A stretch of DNA of 64,000 nucleotides from Zancudomyces culisetae HAW-14-8. Lineage: Eukaryota > Fungi > Kickxellomycota. The notes under the pieces were generated by a model. That model saw only the letters and a program-made list of their open reading frames with translations. It had not been told where the DNA came from and searched no databases. This document shows positions 50,165 to 61,975 of the stretch, in pieces. The stretch's first letter is position 1, and every line of letters starts with the position of its first letter. The translations under genes were made by a program, and so were the position numbers. The stretch is from assembly GCA_052426225.1 (NCBI GenBank), contig JBNJNM010000009.1:930001-994000 (forward strand), given 5' to 3'.

Positions 50165-52298
50165 TTAACTTTTAGAGTAATACTTCATTGCGCGCTCATA
50201 AGCAACCACGGATGAATCGGATGGATCAACCTTCTTGGATGTTTTGGATGTTCTGGGTGTTTTGGATGTTTTGGATTCCTTGGGTGATTTGGATGATTTA
50301 GATTGGTTGGTCGAAGCGGGGGAAGGAGATTTCTGTTTTTTTGTGGCGTTGGAATCGGAATTCGAGGTAGTATGTGTAGAATCAAACTTTGGAGCATCCT
50401 TAAATGGCCCAGGGATCTTCCGATGTTGGATTAGATTTGGTTTTTTGAACCCTGTGGATAGAGTAGAGTCAAAGGAAAAATCATCGGGATCCTGGCCGGA
50501 TGCAGAATCACCAGAGCTGTGTGAGCGGCCAATAAAGTGTTCGATTTTTTCCAAGTATCTGGATTCATCCCGTAATGCAAGCCTGGTGTCCTTGAGTTTA
50601 ATGTTTTGGGCTTCCTTTGCAACAAAAGTTAAGGCTAAACAAGAAGGAGTTTCTGAAGAATCAGCACCACTGGTTAAATGAGGGTTGCTTATTCTTCCAA
50701 CACGGTGTAGATAGTCTTCGGAGTTGTGTGGAACATCGAAATTAACAACAGCCTGAACGTTGGGTACATCTAAACCCCTAGAAGCTATATCAGTGGCCAC
50801 GAGGATCTTGGGTATATCATTTTCGGAAAATTCCTTTAGGGTATCCGCCTTTTGAATGCGACTGAGTTCTGAGTGCAAGATCAGGACGCCGAATGCATGA
50901 TTTTTAACACCATTTCCTTTAGTCTTTTCGCTGGCTGAAGAGATATTTTGTGTACTTAGCATCCTCAAATGTTCATAAATACGTTCGGCTTTTTGCATAG
51001 TCCGCACAAACACAATAATCTTCTTGTTTTTGAGTGAAACTTTGCCATCACGAAACAGAAAATATTTTAAAAGCGCTAGTTTTCGTTGGAGCGAAACAGA
51101 GTAAGCTATTTGGGTAATATGTGCAGGAACTTGCATGGTAGAGTTTGTATTGAATATCATAACCTTGTTGTTCACACCACCTCCCCGTCTGGTTAGTTTT
51201 ACCAAAAGTCTTTCGACATTCTCTGAAATTGTGGCTGATGTGACTATGACTTGTTTAGGAATTTTCGAGTATGTTACCAGATGTCGTAACAGGAATCGTA
51301 CTTCATCAAGATTTTGCAGGCCGATTAGCTTGTCGCATTCGTCTATGACTATCTCTCTAAGGTGGGTTTCGTTGATTATTTTCTGCGCAAGCTCTACATT
51401 TCCACCTTCCTTTTGTTTTAAAAGTATAGTTTTGAGTCTCCCAAGAGTCGAAACAATAATATCTGGGTTTTCTTGCTTAATATTAGCAACCTAAAGATAA
51501 TACATTTTTATAAAAAAAAGTAATTCAATATTGAACAACAAAAAAAAATTAAACAAATAAGAGTGGGGAGAGGTAGAATAGATTAAAAGAGTGAAGAGAA
51601 GATGACAGTTGATAAAAGATAGAAAATAAAAGAAAAAAGCAAACTTACCTGATACTCCAAGTCATTTTCACCCGTTAGGCTAATGGCCTTGATATTTACT
51701 TTTGCTCCGAAATAGTTAAATTGACCAGATACTTGGTTTGCTAGTTGACTTGTTGGAACTATCACTAGTGCGGTTGGATAAAGCCTTTTGTGTTTATTCA
51801 GTTTTGCCTCTTTTGCTATTCGATTCAGTATCGGTATTAGATATAGGGCAGTTTTCCCGCTTTTGGTGGTCGATGAGATCAGGGCCTAGATTGTATAAAG
51901 GGATATGAAAAAATTAATAGAGATACTTTGTTTCATTTCATTTAATATTAATACGCAACTAAAGTCAAGTTGAGAAAATGAGTGATATTCAAACATTTAC
52001 TAAAACAAAAGCAAAAAAAAAAAAAAGAGTATCAAAAGTTCATACTTACACTTTTTTGTTCAAGAACAGAAGGTAAAACCAACTTTTGAATATATGTGGG
52101 TTCAATCCATTTAGTTTTTATAGCTTGTAACAAATCGTTTTCGAGATCTAACCCATCGAAATTCACCTCGGTCTGAGAATCCTTGCCAAGACCGTCCTGT
52201 CCCTGAACATTTCTGAGAAAATTGCTTGTGAACAGAGTTCTGTTGATAAAAAATCGGGCAAGACTTGGTGAAAGAGTTTTCTTTGTAAAGCTGAGCAT
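50165..52298 (-). CDS. DEAD-box RNA helicase, probably mitochondrial (multi-exon)
   Basis: Presequence-like N-terminus. Motifs PTYIQ, KSGKT, VPTSQLA, STLGR, DECD, SAT, SRGLD and HRVGR. Confidence 0.85.
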
Positions 52299-52604
52299 GG
52301 CCCGTAGAATTTTAAAAGGCGGTGATCTATTATACTACACTAATGTTACCAACGATTTCGTTAATCGAAACTAAAATCGTATGTTAAGGAAAAGGCCGAG
52401 ATTAAATCAAATTTCATAAACTTTGGAAAATCAAAAATTAAAAATTAAAAATCAAAAAAATTTTCTACCCAAATTATTACATAACAGATGATTAATCCAA
52501 CAAAGAAAGACAAAACTGGGACAAGTCCAGGAGTAAGGGAGTAATGAAGAAAAAAAAGGGAAACATGACTAGAGTACAGATCGTGGTGTTTTTTGCAAAA
52601 TATA

Positions 52605-54532
52605 TTAGTAATTATTGGGAGCAAACGAATATGCGGATTCAATAACGTCTAAAGGTAAAAACTCGGGCAAAATTCCAACAAGCAAGTAGTAGTCGATCAG
52701 CCACATGGCCAAAATAAACTCACGCAAGTTCAAAACACCATCTGCATCTCTATCAGCCAGGAAATAGACCTGGCCAAGTTGCGACTCTGGAAGGTTGGAC
52801 TTGAGAAAGACACCACGAGACTGCTCAGGATTCAAGTATCCGGTCTTGTTGCGGTCTAGCCTGGTAAATAAATGGAAATATCGACGACAAGAATCGAGTG
52901 GTAGGTGATGAAGGGCCTGGTGGTCCTGAACTTTGGATGCGGGTGGCGTGGTGGTAGTGTTGTTGAATTCGTTTGTGGAGGAGCGTGAGATGGGTTTGGA
53001 AATTCTTTTTGGTGGGGGTTTGGGAGGAGGAGAGAATGCAGAATCGTCAGAAATAGAGAAGGGGTTGTAGCTAGGAGACGAGGGTTGCGCAGGTTGAGTA
53101 TCTGAGTCAGAAAGCAAAGGCTTATTTAAAAAGCTAGTTCTGGCTGGTGGTGGCGGTGGCGGTGATGGTTTTGGTTTATCATCCAAGCGAGTAAATGCAG
53201 AAGATGGTTGTTTGGGTGAGATACTGCTATTTTTTACGGAAGAAAGTGAAGACGGCTTTTCAGGAATTGATGGTTTGGCTCGTGCTGGTTGAGATGGCAG
53301 TGGTTTTTCATTATCGTCAGTGGTATTCGCCTGATTTGTAGTACTCACCATTACTTTCTGCTCATCTTGTGCATCGACAGCCACTGAGACTTCTTGGACT
53401 ATTGGCTTGGCTGTCAATGATTTGGTTGATCTGAGTTTTACATCCGCCCATGGCGAACTTTGTCTAGATGACTCAGTATTTTTGTCATCCACCTTCATGT
53501 TCTCCACATACTTATCGCTACCACGCTTTTGGAGTATCCCTGCACTTTTGCTGTTGGAAATCTTTGGTTTTCTTGAGGATGGTGGTTTGATTGGAGGTGA
53601 TTGTTTGGTTTCTTGCACCACTGTTTCCTTTGGCAAACTGGCTTCTTTAGAGACCACGTCTAATTTGGGTTTGGTTGTACGATCCACCTCCGGTTTTTCT
53701 GGCTCTTTACCTTTTAATTCTATCCTTCCCATATCTTCAGCCAACTCACTCACTTTACTCGGTACTATCGCTTTGGGTTTTGTTTTACGATCAACCTCCG
53801 GCTTTTTCTGTTCTGTCTCTTCACGTTCTCGCACTTCTGTATCCTCCAGTACTGATTCATTTCTTCCGACTACGCCCACTTTGGGTTTCGTATTGCGATC
53901 AATCTCGGGTTTTGCCTTTTCCGCTTTTGTAGATACGCTCTCTACATATCCGCTCTCTTTAACTAGCATTACGGGTTTGGGCTTTGTTTGGCGATTTACG
54001 CTTGGTCCTGTCTTGATTTCAGCCCCGCTTTCATCACTCTTTTCTATAGATACTCGCTTCTGCATGCTTAATTCCCGCTCATTTTCACTCTCCTATTTTT
54101 ACAAAAAAAAACATTCTAAGAATCGTTTTTAAGAGGTAAAAACCCAAATTGCTTAGTGCTTAGACTTACCCTTCTAACTCCCTCATCAATAGGCTCTACA
54201 TAATTAATCGGAAACAGTCCTCTAATATCTGTCCCCTCAATAGTTCCATAATACCATCCTGGCTCTGGGGATTCCACAACTATTAAGCACATTTATTCTT
54301 TTTATCTGCTACTTATAATACGTCTTATAACTTCCAAACAAAAATAGATGCTCCAGAGTTAGTAATTCTGAATCCACAGAACATTTATATCAATCGTCAT
54401 ACTTTTGAACTAATGAGAGAAGGAAGGAAATAAACAAAAAGGATACATACCATCTACCAAAATTTGACCCTTTACAAACGTTATCTCCTCGGAATCTTCA
54501 CCTTTACATGAACTTTTTGCTTTAACCTTCAT
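52605..54532 (-). CDS. SH3 / proline-rich / EH-domain adaptor protein (3 exons)
   Basis: Exons 1-2 give an SH3 (KAKSSCKGEDSEEITF..PGWYYG..GLFPINYV). C-terminal EH domain (LKSNLPESQLGQVYFLADRDADGVLNLREFILAM). Confidence 0.82.
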
Positions 54533-55176
54533 TTCTAATATATCTGCTGGCTGCTTACTGTAAATACTAGTCTGAGATTGGTTAGCATTCAAAAACGGTG
54601 ATATTCTGTATTCTCTGTACTATTAATTTCTACTATCGCTACCAATGCCTCTATCCACTTCTTAGTTATGTCTACTTTTCGTTGTACTTTCCCCCCAGTT
54701 ATTTGGATAAAGCTGTAGAAAATGCCTGTATAAAGATTAAAAAAAAATAAAGAACCATAAAGACTCGTTAGATTGCTATTTGCTAGTCGCTCTTCAAACT
54801 ATTATTTTCGCATTTAAAATTCGAGGCAAGATATATAAACTTTCCCCTTCCCCTTCCCCTTCCTTCTCCCCGAAACGTTTTATCCAATAGCTTTGTAAAT
54901 GCGTTTGTTTTACTTTTGGACCTAAACATCAATTTCAGAAATTAGGTTTGGTTATTTCATTTAGTTTTTACTGCTTTGTAACTGGCTATAAAGTCGGCAA
55001 AATGTTTTTCAAAATTAGGGATATCTATATTTAACATCCGATTTATTCTGCGTTTTATACTCAAAACACTTATTTACACTTGAGTTACTTCCCCCTCCCC
55101 CCCTGAACAGGAGAAAAGTTGCCATTCTGAGCAACGTATATATCTATAAATTTTCTACTATACTCAAAGACAAAAG

Positions 55177-57577
55177 ATGAGCCCGGGAACTGAACTGAAA
55201 AACCGAAATGACTCCGCCATTAGAAATAGAAAGCCCAAGGTGTCGGAAACCAAATCTACAAAAAAATCTACAAAAGGTGAGCAATTTAAACTGCTGTAAG
55301 GATACGCTTTTTGGATCAGTTTGTATATGTTTTTATTTTTTACGAAATTATCTATCTGAAATAGCGGGCAACTCCAATGGAAAGAACAAAAATGATCAGG
55401 CTGTTCCAACATATCCCCTAGCATTAATATTTTTATTTATTGAGAAAATGAAGGAGCAATGGATCGGTATTCCACTGATTTTACTACTATCGCTGTTTGT
55501 AAGATGGACTGTGGGCATTTCCGGTTATTCAGGTATCTAAACCCTAACTTTTATTTTCCAGTATACCAGGTAAATATGAGTTGGAAAAAATAGTAAATAT
55601 AACAATAAAGATAACAATATTGGTGCTAGGAAAGGGAATAAGTCCCATGTACGGCGATTACGAGGCTCAAAGACACTGGATGGAGATTACATATCATCTT
55701 CCACCCCATAAATGGTATTATTATGATTTAAAATATTGGGGACTAGACTATCCTCCGCTAACTGCATTCCAGAGTTGGATATGCGGTTTTGTGTAAGTTT
55801 TTTTTTATTACAACTTTAAATCGTTTTGATTTGTCAAAACCAAGAGAATGTCAAAATGAGATATATTCACTTTGCTATTAAATCATGCACAAGATCCTAT
55901 CCAAACTTATAAATGATTAGATAGACATATACCACACTTATTAAATCAAACTAATTCGTATTTAGAGCCAATGCAATTAATCCTAATTGGGTAGCACTGG
56001 ATATATCGAGGGGATATGAGAGCCAAAACAGCAAAATGTTTATGAGAGCGACGGTTATTGCCTTTGATTATTTAGTGTATATTCCTGGGGTTCTACTTTT
56101 TGTAGAAGAGTATCTAAAAGGTTCTAGTTGGTATAAAAGGGTCAGCGCCATTCAAACTACATATTTATAAGTGAAAAAGGAAAAAAAAGTTGTACCACTG
56201 GATTACTTGATCAAAGTTATGAATAAATAGCAAACTGTGGCTTTTTCTGCGATTATATTACCCACGCTAGTCCTTATTGACAATGGCCACTTTCAGTAAG
56301 TTTTTTTTTTGCCAGAGTAAAGTATACTAGAACATAGATACCTCCTGCAAAATAGAATTAGCTCGTAACTATTTATTCCCCAATTAGCTTATTTTTGTAT
56401 TTGAGGAAAGTAATCGCTTTTTTTAAAAAAAAAAATAGATATAACTCTGTAATGTTGGGATTCTTGGTTTGGTCACTTTACTACTTTTCCAAGAAGTGGT
56501 ACTTGTCTGGAGCTGCATTGTTCATGATGAGTATTTTATTTAAGCAAATGGCGCTATTCTACTCACCCACCGTGTTTGCATACCTTTTTTCGATCTGCTT
56601 TGACAAGGATCAAGGGTAAGAACCACGCCCAACTATCTCATTTTTTTTGTCTCGACGCTACGCTAAAGATTCTCACTTTTTCCAAGTAAAAAAGTATATA
56701 TGGGACATGAATATATAACTATGAACCCTTTTTGGGGTGTGTGTGGGTGTGTGGGTGTGTGGGTGTGTGTGCATGTGTAATCGTATAACCATATGCTTAT
56801 AGGATACTACTGTTCGTTGAACTTGGGCTAACCGTAATACTAACATGTGCAGTTTCAGTTCTCCCATGGATTACTTCGTTAGAACAAGTCTCTCAAATCA
56901 TCATCAGAGTTTTTCCAATGTCTCGTGGGTTGTTTGAAGATAAAGTGGCAAACATCTGGTGTTCAGTTAACGTTTTAATTAAGCTGAAAGATAAATACAC
57001 AACGTCTCAACTGGCTAGGTTATCTGCAGCCTCCACGTTGGTAGCATTTCTGCCCTCTCTGCTTATCATGGGTCGGTATAATCTTCTAAACAAAAAAGGA
57101 GCAAACAGAGTTGAATGTTTACTCTATTCACTATCTATTACATCCCTATCCTTCTTCCTGTTATCGTACCAGGTCCACGAAAAATCAATTCTTTTGGTAT
57201 GCTTACCTGTAATTTTGTTACTCAAATCTGAACCTCTCTCATCGCCCCTGTTCATTTACATATCTACATTTACACTCTATCCTCTTCTGCACAAGGATGG
57301 CTTGGTTTTGCAATACATAGCACTGATGCTGCTATGGGCTTTTTTGTTCGATCTGCTTCCGCGTTTACACCACTTTTCCAGATCACCAAAAAAAGCAGTA
57401 TTTCTTGTCATAGTCAATTTATGCGTTGTTTCCTGGCATCTTGTTTTTTACTTTGCTACACCCCCCAAGCGTTATCCTGATTTATTTGTAGTTGCAAACT
57501 GCTTGATCGGCTCGGGGTCTTTTGTGCTTTTTTACTTCTACTTTACTTTTAGGATGATAAAGAAATTTTTTGTATAG
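55177..57577 (+). CDS. ALG6: Dolichyl-P-Glc:Man9GlcNAc2-PP-Dol alpha-1,3-glucosyltransferase (multi-exon)
   Basis: [49 protein letters not shown] and QVHEKSILL motifs. Confidence 0.93.
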
Positions 57578-58157
57578 GTCCTGAATATAGCCAACACTAT
57601 TAACTATTGCTCTGTTCCAAAATGTATTTTATGCATTCAAATGGTCTTAATTTGTGATTAATCGCACTATGCTACGAGTTGAGCCTATCTATAACAATAC
57701 AAGGTCCACAGCGAGCCTATACTACCTTATTCCTGGTGAAATACTTCACATTTTTAACCTCGTATTTTTGATAAAATTTTTATTTAAAAAGATTAAAAAG
57801 CCCTCTCTCATCCACAAATAAATTTGTGTCACTGAGTTAAATGTGAGAAGCAATAGTTACTCCCGCACAGTTGCACAAAAAGGGAAGACCACCAACATAC
57901 CAGCCAATATATTAAGACTGAATTTTGCTGAAAAAAATTCTAATTAAAACATAAAAAAACAAGCACTAACTACAAAAAAGTACACGTGACGGCAAGTAAA
58001 CACCACTTAAACTTGAGCAACACAAGCAAGCACGGCGCCAGGATACCATCTAAGTTTCTTAAAAGGTAATGTACATACCATTCCATGGGATACATATACC
58101 ATATAACTATATTAAATATTATTACTATCAAAATTTTGAATAAGGCAAAAAGCAGGG

Positions 58158-58200
58158 CGAAGGACGAAGGACGAAGGACGAAGAACGAAGAACGAAGGGA
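58158..58200. repeat. 7-bp microsatellite (CGAAGRA)n
   Basis: cgaagga x3 then cgaagaa x2 then cgaaggg. Confidence 0.7.
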
Positions 58201-58222
58201 CGCGAAATTCTAGTAGCCCCGA

Positions 58223-59218
58223 CTAGTTACAGTTGTTCTTATAAAATTCCTCTATGTGGGGCCAGTATACTTCATGGATGTACTGCCATTTTGCATAACC
58301 ACCCAATTTATATTCCAGCAAGTTTAGGTCAAAATAGTCATCTAAATCAACCCAAGGTCCCATATCTCGTTTTTTGATCTTTTTCTTGACTGAAGCATGG
58401 CCATTTTCACTACCACTACCACTATTGTAATCATTTCCGCTAGTGGAAGCAAACGCCACTCTCCTCTTTGTTTCTGGATCAATGAATGGTGAAATAATCT
58501 TGTACAAAACCAAGAAAATTGTAGGTGGATTTAATATTATACCTATATACATCCGTTCAGGATAGTGTGACTGCATCATGCCCAAAAATCCTGAAGCCAA
58601 GGGTGCATTAACCAAATCACTATGATTGATTATTGTTTGATCAACAAGCAATGTTAGCTTGCTAACATTTTTAGGCATCATTTTTATACAACACTCCATC
58701 AAGAATACTACAAATTTGAACTGATTTTCCAGTGCCTTAGTATTTTCTAGATATGGTTTCAAGTAAAATATCGGATGTCCACGTTTATCAAATCCATTCA
58801 GATGGCATTTCCCTGTCACACTCTCCATCTCCACATCTGAAGGTAATATTGCATGCGGTCTGTATGTTATCCGCCACTCAAGTGTCTTCTTCAACGCCTT
58901 CTTTGCCTCACCTACATCCCCCTTCCTAGCCCGGACGTATCTAAATATATTCCCATCCTCCATCAACCATCTTTTAGCATCAAACTTGGGCCTATCATCC
59001 TCAACTTCCTTTGGCAAACCCACCAACAGTTCATCAATATTTCTCTGGATTTCTTGTACCGCTTTCAACTCTGCTTCTGTTGCTGGATCGTCTGTACTTG
59101 TGTAACTCTCCTGTGGTGCTTTTAAAATCGGAATCCCATCAAGAGTATGATCTTCCTCTTCAGCTTCTTTTGTTTTAGACGTACTACTCCACCTTCTGAA
59201 TAACCACTTTGAAGACAT
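58223..59218 (-). CDS. CRAL-TRIO (Sec14/Pdr16-like) lipid transfer protein, copy 1
   Basis: RYVRARK, TLEWR, GFDKRGHPI, HYPER and PFIDPETK motifs. Confidence 0.9.
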   Translation of the reverse strand: MSSKWLFRRWSSTSKTKEAEEEDHTLDGIPILKAPQESYTSTDDPATEAELKAVQEIQRNIDELLVGLPKEVEDDRPKFDAKRWLMEDGNIFRYVRARKGDVGEAKKALKKTLEWRITYRPHAILPSDVEMESVTGKCHLNGFDKRGHPIFYLKPYLENTKALENQFKFVVFLMECCIKMMPKNVSKLTLLVDQTIINHSDLVNAPLASGFLGMMQSHYPERMYIGIILNPPTIFLVLYKIISPFIDPETKRRVAFASTSGNDYNSGSGSENGHASVKKKIKKRDMGPWVDLDDYFDLNLLEYKLGGYAKWQYIHEVYWPHIEEFYKNNCN

Positions 59219-60886
59219 TGTATAATTACATTCGTCAATCCTCGTTGAGTTTGAGGCTTTTCTTTATTTACAGTGCTGTGTCGTTTCGTTGTAGCTCGTT
59301 ATATAAATGAAACTGTATAAGTATTATATATCATTTGCCAACCTACGACCCAAAGCAAGGAAATAGGTTTGCTGGTTTTTTTTTGTCATGGGATACTAAG
59401 CACCCATTACTAAGTTTTGCAGTAAATCAAAATATTGGTGGGCTTTTTTTCGACCAATGGCTTTAGCGATTTTTGAAAATAGCTGCACTTTCTGATGGGT
59501 TCACACATTTGGCTCACATCAGCAATCAAGAGAAATGGGCAAAACAGTATTGAGAAGGTTGATTAGTAATCTTGCAAAATCTACAGATTTTTGTTTGGAA
59601 GTATTATGAAATGGAACTTGTAAAAACAAAGCATAGGTGATAGCATAGATCTATCCATTTGCTAAATGCTTTTTTTTTGGTCAAAAAAAACTACGCTTGA
59701 TCAAATAGCAAAAATTCTCTTAATGCTTTTAATGCACAATATCCATTTCAAATGGCAATTGAGCATTATAAGTCAGGTGTCAATTGCAATCATCTAAACA
59801 AATATCAGTCATAAAAACAGTTCAACATCCCCCTCTCTATTGCATTACTAGCTGGTTTCATCTACTATCGGTGATCTAAAGTCATAGTTTGCACTGGCTT
59901 TAATCCGGTAAATACTCCCCATCTTGTTTGGGTTTGTAGACAGGATCAACACAAGAATCTTACCTAATACTTGTGATTATGCGATATTTGTGAATCATAA
60001 GCGGTACAGGGATTCCTTCACATAATGTTAGTGAATGTTATATACTTCTGATTACAAAGTGCTCCAAGAAAAATATCGGTGTTTTTCATTTGCGTAACTT
60101 GAACTTTAATTACATCTTAATGGTCGTACCTTTTTGTACATTGGTGTTTACATAGTGCACAGTAATTGCGTGGTTACCTCCAGGGGTTTTTTTTAAGTAG
60201 ATGGTCAAGTTTTTCCGCTGTTTTGATGTTTTACGCTCATTTCTAGTGTACCCATGACACTTTCATCATATTACTAATACAGAATTTATCGCGACAAAAT
60301 ATATAACCTTTGGTTAGAGACGAATTATTTTATTTGTTGTGTTGGACAAAGAAAAAATTGGTGCTACTCGTATGTATCTGATAGCTGATCCTCCAAAAAA
60401 AACCTTAAGCGCACTAAAATACCCGGCTTTATTTATATCCGATGTTGTGATGGGATCCTCAAAGAAACAGAAAATAAACTTTTTTAGAAAGCCATGTACA
60501 GATTATAGGCCTATCTTACATTGTAATATACTCAATAGATGCCATTCGTCTGATTTGCATAAACTCGATTCATGTTATTAATTAACAAAAAAAGGACCAC
60601 TGTATTAAAAGCAAAGAGCTTTAATATTTTTTCATGAACTCCGTACATACGTAGGAACACGTTGTAAAAGCATAAACCGCAGATAAGCCTGGTATTGATT
60701 ATTATTTTGGCAAAAGAAATATGTGAGAGACGTCCACCGATGTGCAAACGTTTCAATGAACAATGTAGGGCTTTTGAAGCCAGAAAGTATTTTAGTTGGT
60801 TACTGTGTTTAATGCTCTGATCAGTGTCTGGTTTATAAAATGGTAAAATCAAGAAAAGTGAAAAAATATAACGAGCGTAAAACTAA

Positions 60887-61975
60887 TCAATTGGATGAAC
60901 CCTGGTGCAACTCCACTACGTGAGGCCAATATATCTCGTGAATATACTTCCATCTAGCATAGCCACCCAATTTGTACTCCAATAAATTCAAATCAAAATA
61001 ATGGTCCAAATTGACCCAAGGACCCGCCTTTGATTCCTCGTTTTTTTTCTTGGATGAAGATTCCTGGCTCGCCTTCTTTTCTTTTTCCTTTTCTTTCTCA
61101 ATACCCTTTTCTTTCTCAATACCCTTTTCTTTCTTTTCCTCCTTTTCTTTTTCTTTTTCTTTCTCCTTCTCCTTCTCCTTCACCCCCTCACTTACAGTGG
61201 CGGAAGTAAATGCTATCTTCTTTTTAGTTTCTGGATCGATAAATGGTGCTATGACTTTGTAAGTGATCAAAAAGACTGTAGGTGGGTTTAGTATTATACC
61301 TACATACATCCGTTCAGGATAGTTTGATTGAAAAATATCCAGAAAACTCGTCGCTGAGGATATGCTCCCAATGTTACTATAGTTGATTGTGGTAAGATCA
61401 ATCAGAAACACTAATTTGGTAACATTTTTGGGCATCATTTTTATACAACACTCCATCAAGAATACTACAAATCTCAACTGATTTTCGACATCTTTGGTAT
61501 TTTCTAGATATGGTTTCAAGTATAATATCGGATGTCCATGTTTATCAAATCCATTTAGATGGCATTTCCCTGTCACACTCTCCATCTCCACATCTGAAGG
61601 TAATATTGCATGTGGTCTGTATGTTATCCGCCACGCAAGTGTCTTCTTCAACGCCTTCTTTGCCTCACCTACATCCCCCTTCCTAGCCCGGACGTATCTA
61701 AATATATTCCCATCCTCCATCAACCATCTTTTAGCATCAAACTTGGGCCTATCATCCTCAACTTCCTTTGGCAAACCCACCAACAGTTCATCAATATTTC
61801 TCTGGATTTCTTGTACCGCTTTCAACTCTGCTTCTGTTGCTGGATCGTCTGTACTTGTGTAACTCTCCTGTGGTGCTTTTAAAATCGGAATCCCATCAAG
61901 AGTATGATCTTCCTCTTCAGCTTCTTTTGTTTTAGACGTACTACTCCACCTTCTGAATAACCACTTTGAAGACAT
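60887..61975 (-). CDS. CRAL-TRIO (Sec14/Pdr16-like) lipid transfer protein, copy 2 with KE-repeat insert
   Basis: Tandem paralogue of 58223-59218 at an offset of 2757 bp. Confidence 0.9.
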   Translation of the reverse strand: MSSKWLFRRWSSTSKTKEAEEEDHTLDGIPILKAPQESYTSTDDPATEAELKAVQEIQRNIDELLVGLPKEVEDDRPKFDAKRWLMEDGNIFRYVRARKGDVGEAKKALKKTLAWRITYRPHAILPSDVEMESVTGKCHLNGFDKHGHPILYLKPYLENTKDVENQLRFVVFLMECCIKMMPKNVTKLVFLIDLTTINYSNIGSISSATSFLDIFQSNYPERMYVGIILNPPTVFLITYKVIAPFIDPETKKKIAFTSATVSEGVKEKEKEKEKEKEKEEKKEKGIEKEKGIEKEKEKEKKASQESSSKKKNEESKAGPWVNLDHYFDLNLLEYKLGGYARWKYIHEIYWPHVVELHQGSSN

